64,000 bases of DNA, from positions 309 through 64,308 of the forward strand of contig JAFGVM010000024.1 in assembly GCA_016937995.1 (NCBI GenBank), given 5' to 3'. Source of the stretch: Candidatus Delongbacteria bacterium. GTDB lineage: Bacteria; UBA4055. The translations under genes and the position numbers were made by a program. The first letter of the stretch is position 1. Each line of letters begins with the position of its first letter. The notes below the pieces were generated by a model. That model saw only the letters and a program-made list of their open reading frames with translations. It had not been told where the DNA came from and did no database searches. Shown piece after piece: positions 14,880 through 24,044 of this stretch.

Positions 14880-16050
14880 CAATTTCCGGTGGGCATGTAG
14901 CTAATGATACCATCAACGATGAAACATCTGATATATTAGCGTTTACCAATATTTTTTCAAGTAACACCATTGCTGAATTATAACTTGGTCCTCTAAGATT
15001 TATTCTTCTAGGGTATTCAGTACCGTCAGTTACCATATAGAAACCGTATTCACCTCTGGATGATTCTATTCTTTTGTAAGTTTCACCTTTAGGTATTTTC
15101 CAATGAAGAACATTCGGTGTCTTGGCTCTGATCTCACCTTTTTCCGGCATTTTAGCCATGATCTGCCTTATAAGATCTACTGACGCTTGAAGATCATGCC
15201 ATCTTACCCTTGATCTTGCATAAATATCTGAATCTTTCTCAGTATGAGGTTCAAAGTCTAATTTATCATATTTCAAATACGGATAATCTTTTCTGACATC
15301 TCTCATTATTCCAGCTGCTCTGGCATTAGGACCAACAACACTGTATTTATCGATCCAATCCTTTTCAATTACTCCAACACCTTTTGTTCTCTTCTTGAAA
15401 ACAGCATTACTGAACATCAAATTATCTATATCAACGACAAATTCATCAATTTTTTTTAATACTTCTTCCATTCTTTCTTTGAATCCGGAAGGTAATAGTC
15501 CTCTAACTCCACCAGGTGCAATATACATGTGATAAACCCTGCCACCTGTAAGTTCTTCAAATCTGTCCAGCATCAGGTCCCTGATATAAACACCCCACTG
15601 AACTCCCATTCCAAGACTCATAGTCCCACCTTGTCCGGGAACTCCTCTAAGCAGTATAGTTACTCTTGCCATTTCAAGCACTAATGTTCTTAGCCATTCT
15701 GCCATCTCTGGGACCTCAATACCTCCAAGTTCTTCAACAGATGCAGCAAGCAAATATTCATTAATATCAGGCTCGGGAACGCACATTCTGATGCAGATAG
15801 GAAAACACTGGATGAATTTTCTTCTTTCCATCAATTTTTCAAAAGCTCTGTACAGATAACCTACATGTGTCTTTGATTTAATAACTTCATCACCGGAAAC
15901 TGTAAGTTCAAGTGCCATATTTCCTGTAACTCCAGGATGGTTCGGCCCTTGCCAGATCTTTACATATTTTTGGGAATCAAGATCGAAATCTAATGTTCCG
16001 TCATCTTTCATAGTAGGAAATTTTGATCTGTCTTCTTTTATATTGAACAT
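14872..16050 (-). CDS. NuoD / MbxL-like large subunit without canonical NiFe-binding motifs
   Basis: Group-4-hydrogenase/NuoD fold: HVGYLYRAFEKLME, ELTGGRVYHMYIAPGGV, SRGEYGFYMV. The L1 position reads PICIRMCVPEP, not RxCGxCxxxH. The C-terminus reads SLATCPPEIER, not DPCxxCxxR. Confidence 0.8.
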   Translation of the reverse strand: MFNIKEDRSKFPTMKDDGTLDFDLDSQKYVKIWQGPNHPGVTGNMALELTVSGDEVIKSKTHVGYLYRAFEKLMERRKFIQCFPICIRMCVPEPDINEYLLAASVEELGGIEVPEMAEWLRTLVLEMARVTILLRGVPGQGGTMSLGMGVQWGVYIRDLMLDRFEELTGGRVYHMYIAPGGVRGLLPSGFKERMEEVLKKIDEFVVDIDNLMFSNAVFKKRTKGVGVIEKDWIDKYSVVGPNARAAGIMRDVRKDYPYLKYDKLDFEPHTEKDSDIYARSRVRWHDLQASVDLIRQIMAKMPEKGEIRAKTPNVLHWKIPKGETYKRIESSRGEYGFYMVTDGTEYPRRINLRGPSYNSAMVLLEKILVNANISDVSSLMVSLATCPPEIER

Positions 16051-16081
16051 CTACTGTCCTCTAATTTTGTTTTATTATTAT

Positions 16082-16120
16082 GTGCTGTGAGACGTTGCGG
16101 GGCAACGTCTCTACGAGCAC
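16082..16120. repeat. Strong GC-rich hairpin element between the nuoC-like and nuoD-like genes
   Basis: GAGACGTTGC-ggg-GCAACGTCTC (16089-16111), extended by GTGCT/AGCAC. It shares GCAACGTCTCTAC with 24032-24044 and TGTGAGACG with 56412-56420. Confidence 0.75.
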
Positions 16121-16684
16121 CTAACCCTGATCCGGATACAATTTTGATTTCATGTATTCCTTTGTATCATAACTCTTCCTTCCTTCTCTCGGGAAGAAAT
16201 TATCTGTAGCATATTTCAATGTATCAAAATCTCTTCTCATAGGTGGGATATCATCCCAGTCTTCCAGTACAAAATCATCATTAACACCGGGACTGCCGGG
16301 AAAATCGATGCCGAATAATTCTTTAATTTCTCTCTGATCTGTTTGTGCATGTATCCATAGATGATGAATAGAATCCATAACAGGATTATCTCTGTCAATA
16401 TCAACTCGGATAGCAATATCATATTTGTTTACAGGATGATTTAAAATGTATGTCAGCTGAAATTTGTTCTCTTCCAGCCAGTCAACACTTGACAGCATTA
16501 TCAAATGTGTAAAACCTTCAAGCTCTTTCAGATAATTCAGAATATCGACAAGTAATTTTTTCCCGATAGAAAAAAACAGCAGATCATCCCTTTTCTGAAG
16601 AACATCCGTGATCTCATATTTACTTTTTATCTTTTCTAATATTTCATTCATATCTTTTAATCCTATTTTAATTCCTATATCCAT
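16121..16684 (-). CDS. NuoC / MbxK-like subunit
   Basis: LTYILNHP...DIAIRVDI...FGIDFPGSP...DWDDIPPMRRDF is typical of the 30-kDa NuoC family. An alternative start is at 16651. Confidence 0.8.
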   Translation of the reverse strand: MDIGIKIGLKDMNEILEKIKSKYEITDVLQKRDDLLFFSIGKKLLVDILNYLKELEGFTHLIMLSSVDWLEENKFQLTYILNHPVNKYDIAIRVDIDRDNPVMDSIHHLWIHAQTDQREIKELFGIDFPGSPGVNDDFVLEDWDDIPPMRRDFDTLKYATDNFFPREGRKSYDTKEYMKSKLYPDQG

Positions 16685-16814
16685 ATAATCCCAAAATTGC
16701 TTTAAACGAAGATTTACAAGGAAGAGTGATATTACTTCGAAATGGAGCTTGGTTAACCCAAGTGACTTGAGAAGGAATTCACTCTGACGAAGTAAATCAA
16801 AGTTTAAAAAATTT
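16685..16814 (-). other. 130-nt structured spacer inside the operon (crossing complementary segments)
   Basis: On the plus strand AGAGTGA (16723-29) is complementary to TCACTCT (16779-85). TTACTTCG (16732-39) is complementary to CGAAGTAA (16788-95). A CTTGG-ttaac-CCAAG hairpin lies between them. Confidence 0.4.
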
Positions 16815-17459
16815 TTACCAGTTGTAATCGGGCATATCCCATCCTTTGATTACCTTCTTTTGATTAGCCTTATACCAGTCAAATCTCTCAGCATAATCAT
16901 TTGCACCTTCGGCTTTACCTGCTCTGATCCTTTTCTTCAGCTCTACAAACCCTGAAAGAATTGCTTCAGGTCTTGGCATACATCCCGTGATATAAACATC
17001 TACCGGAATATAGTGATCCAGTCTGTTGATAGTATTAAAACTATCATAATACATTCCACCGTTAATCGTACAACTGCCTAATGCTATTATATACTTAGGA
17101 CCCTGCATTTGCTCATAAGCTCTGATAACTCTTTTCAAAGTTTTCACAGCCAAATATCCTGAAATAATAAACACACCTGCTTGTCTTGGAGTAGGTCTCA
17201 TCTGAACACCGTATCTGAACATATCAAATCTTGGAGTTGTCAAAGGCGGTAATTCAATACTACCACACCCTGTTCCCCATCCAAGTACCCATAGAGAATT
17301 CGATCTTGCCCAGTTGAAGAATTTTTCAAGTAACGGATGTGCAGGCTCCTGAACTTCAGGTCTTTTATCACAAAAGTATTCTTTCATCGGATCAACTGTA
17401 AATACTTCACCATCAGGTGCGGTTACAGTTCTCTTTTTTAAATCATCCATTCGAGTCAT
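16815..17459 (-). CDS. NuoB / MbxJ-like small subunit
   Basis: Contains WGTGCGSIEL, LGSCTINGG and ITGCMPRPE (NuoB-type motifs). Only one Cys is present where NuoB has CC. Confidence 0.85.
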   Translation of the reverse strand: MTRMDDLKKRTVTAPDGEVFTVDPMKEYFCDKRPEVQEPAHPLLEKFFNWARSNSLWVLGWGTGCGSIELPPLTTPRFDMFRYGVQMRPTPRQAGVFIISGYLAVKTLKRVIRAYEQMQGPKYIIALGSCTINGGMYYDSFNTINRLDHYIPVDVYITGCMPRPEAILSGFVELKKRIRAGKAEGANDYAERFDWYKANQKKVIKGWDMPDYNW

Positions 17460-17474
17460 TTATTTAAACCTCTA

Positions 17475-18395
17475 TTAGTTAATATATGTCGCATAAATCA
17501 CACCTAAAACACCAATTACTAAAGGTACTTTCACGAACCATGCCACTGATTGATCTACTCTGTATCTCGGAAATACTACTCCAACGAACACTGTGGTAAA
17601 GTATATGAAGAAAGTTTTTACTATAAATTCTATCCAGTTCGTAGCTCCACCAAAGAATAAATTCATAAAAAGTGCAGATTCTACAATATGAAGGATAGCT
17701 CTGTTGGATTGAAGCATTCCAAGATAAGTAGAGTGATATTCAGTTGGTGGACCGATCGGTATTTCCTGAGGTGCCATTACTACATTAAAAGGAGCATGTC
17801 GCATAATTCCGAGAAAAGATAACATTCCTGCTAGAGTCGCAACGGGATTCTGAAATAATGTCCAGTGAAGGATTCCACCTTGTTGTGCTGCTACTATATT
17901 ATAAACTGATAATGTTTGATATTGAATTGCAATAGCAATTATAGCGAGTGTAAATGAAATCTCAACAGTCGTAAATTGTGCAAGCCCTCTACTGATCCCG
18001 ATAGTAGAATTAGGATGTCCCGCTTCTCCGGCACCTAAAGCCATTCCAAGCATTCCGAAAAATTGGAAGTACATTAGTAATACAATATCACCTGTGAATG
18101 AAAAATTCTTAAAATATATTGAACCGAATATCATAGGCATGAATAAGAAAAGTCCTATTCCGCCACCCAATCTGAAAATTGGTCCAAGATAAAACATAAT
18201 ACCATGAGTTATTTGTGATCTTTTAGCCAAATTTTTAATAATGTCAAAATATGACTGATATACCGGAATCCCATATCTTCCTGCTACTCTGGCAACTATC
18301 TTCCTCATAACCCCTGACTGAAGAAGCCCGTAGTTAAAAACTATGAATAAACCTAATAGGGAATATAGTATTCTTGATGTAAGTGTCAATTCCAT
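17475..18395 (-). CDS. NuoH / MbxM-like membrane subunit
   Basis: Polytopic 306-aa protein at the NuoH/HyfC/MbhM-type operon position. It overlaps the upstream gene by 1 nt. Confidence 0.75.
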   Translation of the reverse strand: MELTLTSRILYSLLGLFIVFNYGLLQSGVMRKIVARVAGRYGIPVYQSYFDIIKNLAKRSQITHGIMFYLGPIFRLGGGIGLFLFMPMIFGSIYFKNFSFTGDIVLLMYFQFFGMLGMALGAGEAGHPNSTIGISRGLAQFTTVEISFTLAIIAIAIQYQTLSVYNIVAAQQGGILHWTLFQNPVATLAGMLSFLGIMRHAPFNVVMAPQEIPIGPPTEYHSTYLGMLQSNRAILHIVESALFMNLFFGGATNWIEFIVKTFFIYFTTVFVGVVFPRYRVDQSVAWFVKVPLVIGVLGVIYATYIN

Positions 18396-21300
18396 TAAAA
18401 TATCCCTCCGTTAAGAATAAAGTAGAAAAATACGACAAAACCGATTATGTGCATAATATATACCTGTGCATTACCGTTATAGAATTTTCTGAAGAAATCT
18501 GAACTCGAATGAAAAAGATCAGTTATAAAATTCCAGAAATTTGTTACTAGTGGCAAGACAAGAAAACCAAGAGCTTTTCTGTAATGTGAGAACATATTAT
18601 ATGAAAAATGTGCAGTTTGAGGACTTTCAGGTCTTTCGGCAGAATATACAATGTTGAACATTTCAACTTTTGTTGCTTTCCTGCTTGCAAATAATAGGAA
18701 TCCTAATAAAACAGCGAACATGACACATACTATTATCATTATATAGAACGGATCCCAAACACCGAATAATTTACCATTTACAAAAGTTGATGCGGCATCA
18801 CCATTCCAGACAACAGTGTTCTCAGGTAATATTTCTTTAAAATATAAACCTACTTTCTCCAGTATCATCCTTGGTTTTGATGATAAGACCATCAGAGTAG
18901 CTATTATCAAATATTGAGGTATCAAATACCAAACTGATACTTCTGTCATTTTTCTATGCTTATCTTTTATAGGTCCTAAGAAAATCGAATATATTAGTTT
19001 GAAAAGATATAAGAAAGCTACAACTCCAGAGAAGGCAATAATTGCACCCTGGAAATACCATCCTTTTAAGATAAAAGCGTTATAAAGAAGCCATTTTCCA
19101 CCGAATCCTGCCAATGGAGGAACACCTGACAATGCAATTATACCGATAAGAACTGAAATAAAAGACATCGGCATTTTTTTTATCAAACCACCCATTTCAT
19201 ACATTTTATGAGTTTTGAGTTTTAATACTATCGCACCTACTGCAAGGAATAATAAGGCTTTATACAAGAAATGAGTGATCGAATACCAAATTGCTGCCAG
19301 CCAGCCTACATTTGTCATTATTGCTAGAGCAAATAAGATATAACCTAACTGAGCTATACTTGAATAAGCCAGTAATTTCTTCGCATCTTCCTGGAATGAA
19401 GCTATTAAATTTCCAAGTAAAGCTGTAATTGCTCCTACCCAGCCTAATATGTAAAATAGATTTGAAACATCGTTATTTCTCATTGCTATGAATAGAATTA
19501 TCAGTCCGAATACTCCGGCTTTTAGTAGTACTGCAGAAACCATTGGAGAAACATCACTTTCTGCTTCAGCGTGAGCTCCCGGCAACCAGATATGAAGTCC
19601 GATAGAAGCAGTTTTTGTCATAAAACCCAGTGCAAGAAGTATAAATACCATAGTTGCATAAATATGAACCTCCGACAATGAAGTTAATAAAATACTTCCG
19701 GTTTCAGCTCCGGATAAAGCAAATCCGAATAAGATCAGATAAGCACCACCTGCAGAGAATAATATATAACTCAATGCGTGAGACATTGATCTTTTACCTC
19801 TCAGGATCAGGAAGTACGAACCTGCTGTCATTATTTCCCAGGCAAAAAAGAATTGAAAGAAAGTTTCAGCTTCGATCAATCCGATCAGTCCTACATACAT
19901 CATAGCAGCAACAGGATAGAATCCTATTCTCTTCCCTTTTACGCTATAACCGGGAATAAATGTTAATATTCCACCGACTAAGAATATCAAAGCGAATATC
20001 AGCTTTAAAGTATCTAAACCGGGAACAAGTATATATCCATAGTATGATACGGCGATCATAACCAGTGTATTCTTAATATATACTGGTAAGAAGTCTATTA
20101 AGAATAGTATTCCCACAAATGCTAAAGGTATGAAATTAATTGACAGACCAGCATCAAATGATCTGGTAATATAGAACCCTGCGACATAAAGCAATAGAGT
20201 AACAATATAGACCGGATGTAACTGATGTTGAGGTTTTTCTACTTTTTCTTCACTGTCTTCCAGTTTAAGAATGTAACCGAACCATCTGAATAAATAAAGG
20301 ACTTCAAGTATCGATGCTAATATCACCAGACTTATCCATAAGAACGATCCATTCTCAGCCAGTATCATTACTAAAGACCATTTTGCGGCTAAAGATGGAA
20401 ATGGAGGGAAACCCATCAGTGCTAAGATAAATGTTCCGAACATGAAAATCAGAATAGGATGTTTCTTTATCTTTACCCAGTCTTGAATTTTCTCAGCTTT
20501 TACAATTCCTGACAACCAGAACAAACCTGCTTTAGCTAAGAAATGACTGATAAGTAATCCAAAGAATATTTTCTCAAAATTATCACCGAGTATATCTTTT
20601 GATGCTATTACAAATACCAATAATCCGATCTGACCTATCGAAGAATAACCTAACAATCTATTCGTACTCTTCTGCATAATTGCGAAAAGGTTTGATACTA
20701 CAAAAGTAAGCACACCGATTATAACGATCATCTTTGTTAGATCAATTGATGCTAAAGGAAGTACTTTGTATAGAACAAATAACAAAGCCGTTGCAGATGT
20801 TGCTGAGATCATTGCAGAAATGCCTGTATCAGATCCTTCATAAACATCTAAGGCCCAACCGTTAGCAGGGAAAACTTTTAATTCAATTACAACAGAGAAT
20901 ATCAGTATGAATACGCCAACAAATAATATTTGTGATGAACCTGCAGCTGATACAGCAGCGATCATTCCATCTAAGTTCAAAGTTCCTGTTTTAGAATATA
21001 TAAGGATTATACCAAGAAGTAAAAATACTGATGCAATCCCACCTGCAATCATATATTTAAATCCTGCAGACAGAGATTTTAATCTTAAGTCCATACCTAT
21101 AAGGATATACGTTGCAATTGATGTAATTTCCAGGAAAACAAAAATATTGAATATATCTCTGGTCAATACTAATCCGTTCATTCCGAGTATGAAGAGTAAA
21201 AATACTACTAATGCCTGAATTCCGTTCTCTGCAAAATATTTAAACGAATAGATCGCTCCAAGTAAAGCACCAAAATTGATCAATGTAATTAGAACCGCTT

Positions 21301-21538
21301 CATTTAACCCCATCTGTAAATTGATCGACATCGGAGGTTTAAATCCGGCAGTGAAGATCTGTACAGCTTGTTGACCATCGATCAGAAAAGCTGACAACCA
21401 TTGGTAACTGATCGCAGTAACTGCTATTATTCCTAAAAAGAATATTGTTACTGTTACTTTTATTCCGGCCTTATTTATTGACGGCAATAAAAATCCAAGA
21501 CCTAGTAAGATTGCTATTATATATATTGGATTTACCAT
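18395..21538 (-). CDS. Fused double MrpD/NuoN-type antiporter-like subunit (MbxH+H' equivalent), 1047 aa
   Basis: There are two proton-conducting-transporter modules. The first has GWALDVYEGSDTG...LLGYSSIGQIG. The second has WLPGAHAEAESDVSPMVSAVLLKAG...LLAYSSIAQLG. Confidence 0.85.
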   Translation of the reverse strand: MVNPIYIIAILLGLGFLLPSINKAGIKVTVTIFFLGIIAVTAISYQWLSAFLIDGQQAVQIFTAGFKPPMSINLQMGLNEAVLITLINFGALLGAIYSFKYFAENGIQALVVFLLFILGMNGLVLTRDIFNIFVFLEITSIATYILIGMDLRLKSLSAGFKYMIAGGIASVFLLLGIILIYSKTGTLNLDGMIAAVSAAGSSQILFVGVFILIFSVVIELKVFPANGWALDVYEGSDTGISAMISATSATALLFVLYKVLPLASIDLTKMIVIIGVLTFVVSNLFAIMQKSTNRLLGYSSIGQIGLLVFVIASKDILGDNFEKIFFGLLISHFLAKAGLFWLSGIVKAEKIQDWVKIKKHPILIFMFGTFILALMGFPPFPSLAAKWSLVMILAENGSFLWISLVILASILEVLYLFRWFGYILKLEDSEEKVEKPQHQLHPVYIVTLLLYVAGFYITRSFDAGLSINFIPLAFVGILFLIDFLPVYIKNTLVMIAVSYYGYILVPGLDTLKLIFALIFLVGGILTFIPGYSVKGKRIGFYPVAAMMYVGLIGLIEAETFFQFFFAWEIMTAGSYFLILRGKRSMSHALSYILFSAGGAYLILFGFALSGAETGSILLTSLSEVHIYATMVFILLALGFMTKTASIGLHIWLPGAHAEAESDVSPMVSAVLLKAGVFGLIILFIAMRNNDVSNLFYILGWVGAITALLGNLIASFQEDAKKLLAYSSIAQLGYILFALAIMTNVGWLAAIWYSITHFLYKALLFLAVGAIVLKLKTHKMYEMGGLIKKMPMSFISVLIGIIALSGVPPLAGFGGKWLLYNAFILKGWYFQGAIIAFSGVVAFLYLFKLIYSIFLGPIKDKHRKMTEVSVWYLIPQYLIIATLMVLSSKPRMILEKVGLYFKEILPENTVVWNGDAASTFVNGKLFGVWDPFYIMIIVCVMFAVLLGFLLFASRKATKVEMFNIVYSAERPESPQTAHFSYNMFSHYRKALGFLVLPLVTNFWNFITDLFHSSSDFFRKFYNGNAQVYIMHIIGFVVFFYFILNGGIF

Positions 21539-21894
21539 TTTAAGTCCTTGTAATCGTTAATTGACAATGATTTCTTCTGTTGGTATAATCTTATTACGAA
21601 GGTTAGCATCAGAGCATTTACCGCCACGCCAATAACAATAGCTGTAAGAACCAGTGCCTGAGGTACAGGATCAACTATTAACGAAGATGCCTTGCTAAGC
21701 TCTACCGCAGAGTCTAAGATAGGAGCAGTTCTTCCGTCTATAAATCCAAAAGCGACCATCACAAGCTGAACACCTGTCTCTACTATTGCTAATCCTAAAA
21801 TTATCTTTATCATATTCTTTTGGGTCAACATTCCCCAGAAACCTATCAATATGAGAGCAAATCCTGTTATATGAACTATAGTTGTTATATTCAT
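21532..21894 (-). CDS. MrpC/MnhC (NuoK-like) subunit
   Basis: 120 aa with 3 TM segments, including GLAIVETGVQLVMVAF. The operon position fits MrpC. Confidence 0.75.
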   Translation of the reverse strand: MNITTIVHITGFALILIGFWGMLTQKNMIKIILGLAIVETGVQLVMVAFGFIDGRTAPILDSAVELSKASSLIVDPVPQALVLTAIVIGVAVNALMLTFVIRLYQQKKSLSINDYKDLKW

Positions 21895-22592
21895 TCAAGC
21901 TCCCCCTTCATATTGTCCAATATACTCGCCAGTTCAGTTCCTACTTTCAATCCTACAAGTGTATAGATCAGTGGTATAGTTCCAGCACTTAAAATAGTTC
22001 CAAAAGTTCCAAGTGGTAAAATTCTATTATCCAGGAAGTTATCTGCTCCGAGTATAACGAGACCTAAAACACCGATAAGGACATAGAAGATTCCCGAAAA
22101 TGATTCTATTAAAACAAATACTTTATGATTGATCTTAAATGAACTATCTGCCAAGAACATTAACATTACAGCAGATGCTATAGCTGCTCCACCCTGAAAT
22201 CCACCACCAGGTGATAAATGCCCATTTATGAATATATATGCACCAAACATTGTTATTATTGGTACCAACAGTTTTGAACCTGTCTTCAATATTTCACTGG
22301 CTGCTCTATTCTTTATTCCTGAATCATTTTTCTTTTTCTTTCTTCTGAGTAATAAAGCAATACCAGTTCCTGCCATAAATAATACAGTAACTTCACCCAG
22401 TGTATCTAAGCCTCTATAAGTTACAACAATTGCAGTAACCAGATTCATTGCTCCAAGATCTGATGCTCCCTGTTCTGCATAAGTCTTTGCAACACCTGTC
22501 AGATCATAATTCGGTGCAACATTCGTCGCTACTTTTAATAATATGAAAAACAGTGATATTACTAATAATAAAGGTATCAGTCTTTTAATCAT
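21891..22592 (-). CDS. MrpB/MnhB-domain subunit
   Basis: NLVTAIVVTYRGLDTLGEVTVLF is the MnhB signature. ATG at 22592 is preceded by GGAGGA. The track start at 22628 overlaps the previous gene more deeply. Confidence 0.75.
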   Translation of the reverse strand: MIKRLIPLLLVISLFFILLKVATNVAPNYDLTGVAKTYAEQGASDLGAMNLVTAIVVTYRGLDTLGEVTVLFMAGTGIALLLRRKKKKNDSGIKNRAASEILKTGSKLLVPIITMFGAYIFINGHLSPGGGFQGGAAIASAVMLMFLADSSFKINHKVFVLIESFSGIFYVLIGVLGLVILGADNFLDNRILPLGTFGTILSAGTIPLIYTLVGLKVGTELASILDNMKGELE

Positions 22593-22845
22593 TTTCTTCC
22601 TCCACATCTTTTGTTTTGTGAAGTGCATATAAAAATATCAAAGTAGATAAACCTGCACCGATAGCAGCTTCTGTCATTGCAACATCAGGTGCCTGCATCA
22701 ATAGATACAATATACTTGCAAATAAACTTACTACTCCTACTGCGATGATCGAAGATATCAAATCCTTCACATGCATTGCTAATACTGCCGCAATGATCAT
22801 TGCTAAACCCATCAGTATGAAAATGCCTTGTTGTAATTCCATCAA
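22585..22845 (-). CDS. MrpB N-terminal-like (DUF4040/MbhD-like) subunit
   Basis: 86 aa with 3 TM segments, including LLMQAPDVAMTEAAIGAGLST. There is a 4-nt overlap with the mrpG-like gene. Confidence 0.7.
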   Translation of the reverse strand: MMELQQGIFILMGLAMIIAAVLAMHVKDLISSIIAVGVVSLFASILYLLMQAPDVAMTEAAIGAGLSTLIFLYALHKTKDVEEEND

Positions 22846-23186
22846 TCTACCTCCACTTCGGTACTTTCTTTCTCTTTCAGCTTATCAGCTACAGAACCTT
22901 TTGTCAAAGGAATTCCTTTGAAATGTGCTGCTCTAGCTAATGCATGACTTGAAATAGGATTTGTTAAAGCTATGAACATTATTATTACGAGTATCTGACC
23001 GATCCATTCGTAATGACAGATTCCGATTCCTAATAATGTTAAAATTGTTCCTAAAGTAGTTGCTTTAGTTCCTGCCTGCATCCTGTTGTAAAGATCTGGC
23101 ATTCTAAATACTCCCAAAGCTCCGAGAAATAAGAATATTGAACCTATTAATGTTATTATTGATCCTAAAATTCTGTACCATTCCAT
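22842..23186 (-). CDS. MrpG/MnhG subunit
   Basis: Contains GALGVFRMPDLYNRMQAGTKATTLG...ISSHALARAA. Confidence 0.8.
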   Translation of the reverse strand: MEWYRILGSIITLIGSIFLFLGALGVFRMPDLYNRMQAGTKATTLGTILTLLGIGICHYEWIGQILVIIMFIALTNPISSHALARAAHFKGIPLTKGSVADKLKEKESTEVEVD

Positions 23187-23187
23187 T

Positions 23188-23457
23188 TTATAGCCCCCCT
23201 TCTAAATAACGGGCTACTGCGACTACACCTATGAAACTTAAGATAGCATAGACCATTCCTACATCCAGGAATATCACCCTTTCTGACATACACGCTATCA
23301 GTGTAATTAATGAAATGGAAATCACTGTAAATGTATCCAGCGCTACGACTCTATCTGCCATACTTGGACCTATGATCAGTCTCAGTGTCGCAAGTATTAT
23401 CCCTGCTGATACAAAATAAGTTGATATTTGTAATAATATCTCCGGTAAGTTAGCCAA
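23188..23457 (-). CDS. MrpF/MnhF subunit
   Basis: Contains LRLIIGPSMADRVVALDT...VVAVARYLE. Confidence 0.8.
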   Translation of the reverse strand: MANLPEILLQISTYFVSAGIILATLRLIIGPSMADRVVALDTFTVISISLITLIACMSERVIFLDVGMVYAILSFIGVVAVARYLEGGL

Positions 23458-23938
23458 AGATCACCTCCAGATATTTTTCGAAATTTGCCACGATTTTCTC
23501 TGTTGCTGTTTTTTCATCGATATTAGTAACATCGATCCAGTGTATATATAATATATCTTCATCTATATCTACTGTCAAAGTTCCGGGAGTTAATGTTATT
23601 GAATTTGCCAATATCATTCGACCCATTGCTGATTTCAATTTTGTTTTCACTGTAACTATCCCTGGATTGATAGGGATCTTAGGAGAAACAACTCTTCGAG
23701 CTACATCGAAATTTGCCTTTATTATTTCAATGAATAGGAATATTACATACCAGATAGAATATATCCACTTTTTGGGAGACAACATTGGTTTGAACAACGA
23801 TCTGTTATAGATAATACTGATAACTAAAGCTATGAAGGCAATTATCAATATATTATACAAATCAGTAGTACCTGTCCAAATAAAATAGAACAATGTGAGA
23901 ATCCCCGTCGAAAATATCACCTTTATAATTCTATCCAT
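23450..23938 (-). CDS. MrpE/MnhE subunit
   Basis: Contains ANSITLTPGTLTVDI..ILYIHWI. ATG at 23938 follows GAGGT. The longer track ORF (to 24076) reads through intergenic repeat elements. Confidence 0.75.
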   Translation of the reverse strand: MDRIIKVIFSTGILTLFYFIWTGTTDLYNILIIAFIALVISIIYNRSLFKPMLSPKKWIYSIWYVIFLFIEIIKANFDVARRVVSPKIPINPGIVTVKTKLKSAMGRMILANSITLTPGTLTVDIDEDILYIHWIDVTNIDEKTATEKIVANFEKYLEVIFG

Positions 23939-23967
23939 ATATACCTCTAAATCGTTATTTGTTGTTT

Positions 23968-24044
23968 TGTCATTGCGATCCCGATAAATCGGGAGTGGCA
24001 ATCTTGTTTTCGTAATTGTAAGACCTTGCAGCGCAACGTCTCTA
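23968..24044. repeat. Two hairpin elements in the MarR-mrpE spacer
   Basis: TGTCATTGCGA-[TCCCGATAAATCGGGA]-GTGGCAATC (23968-24003) and AGACcTTGC-agc-GCAAcGTCT (24021-24041), which abuts the MarR stop codon. Confidence 0.75.

Noticed and set aside
14872-17459. Calling the NuoB/C/D-like genes a [NiFe] energy-converting hydrogenase
   Set aside because: The L1 and L2 NiFe-ligand motifs are not canonical, and no hyp or protease genes are nearby. I kept the neutral Mbx/NuoD-like call.
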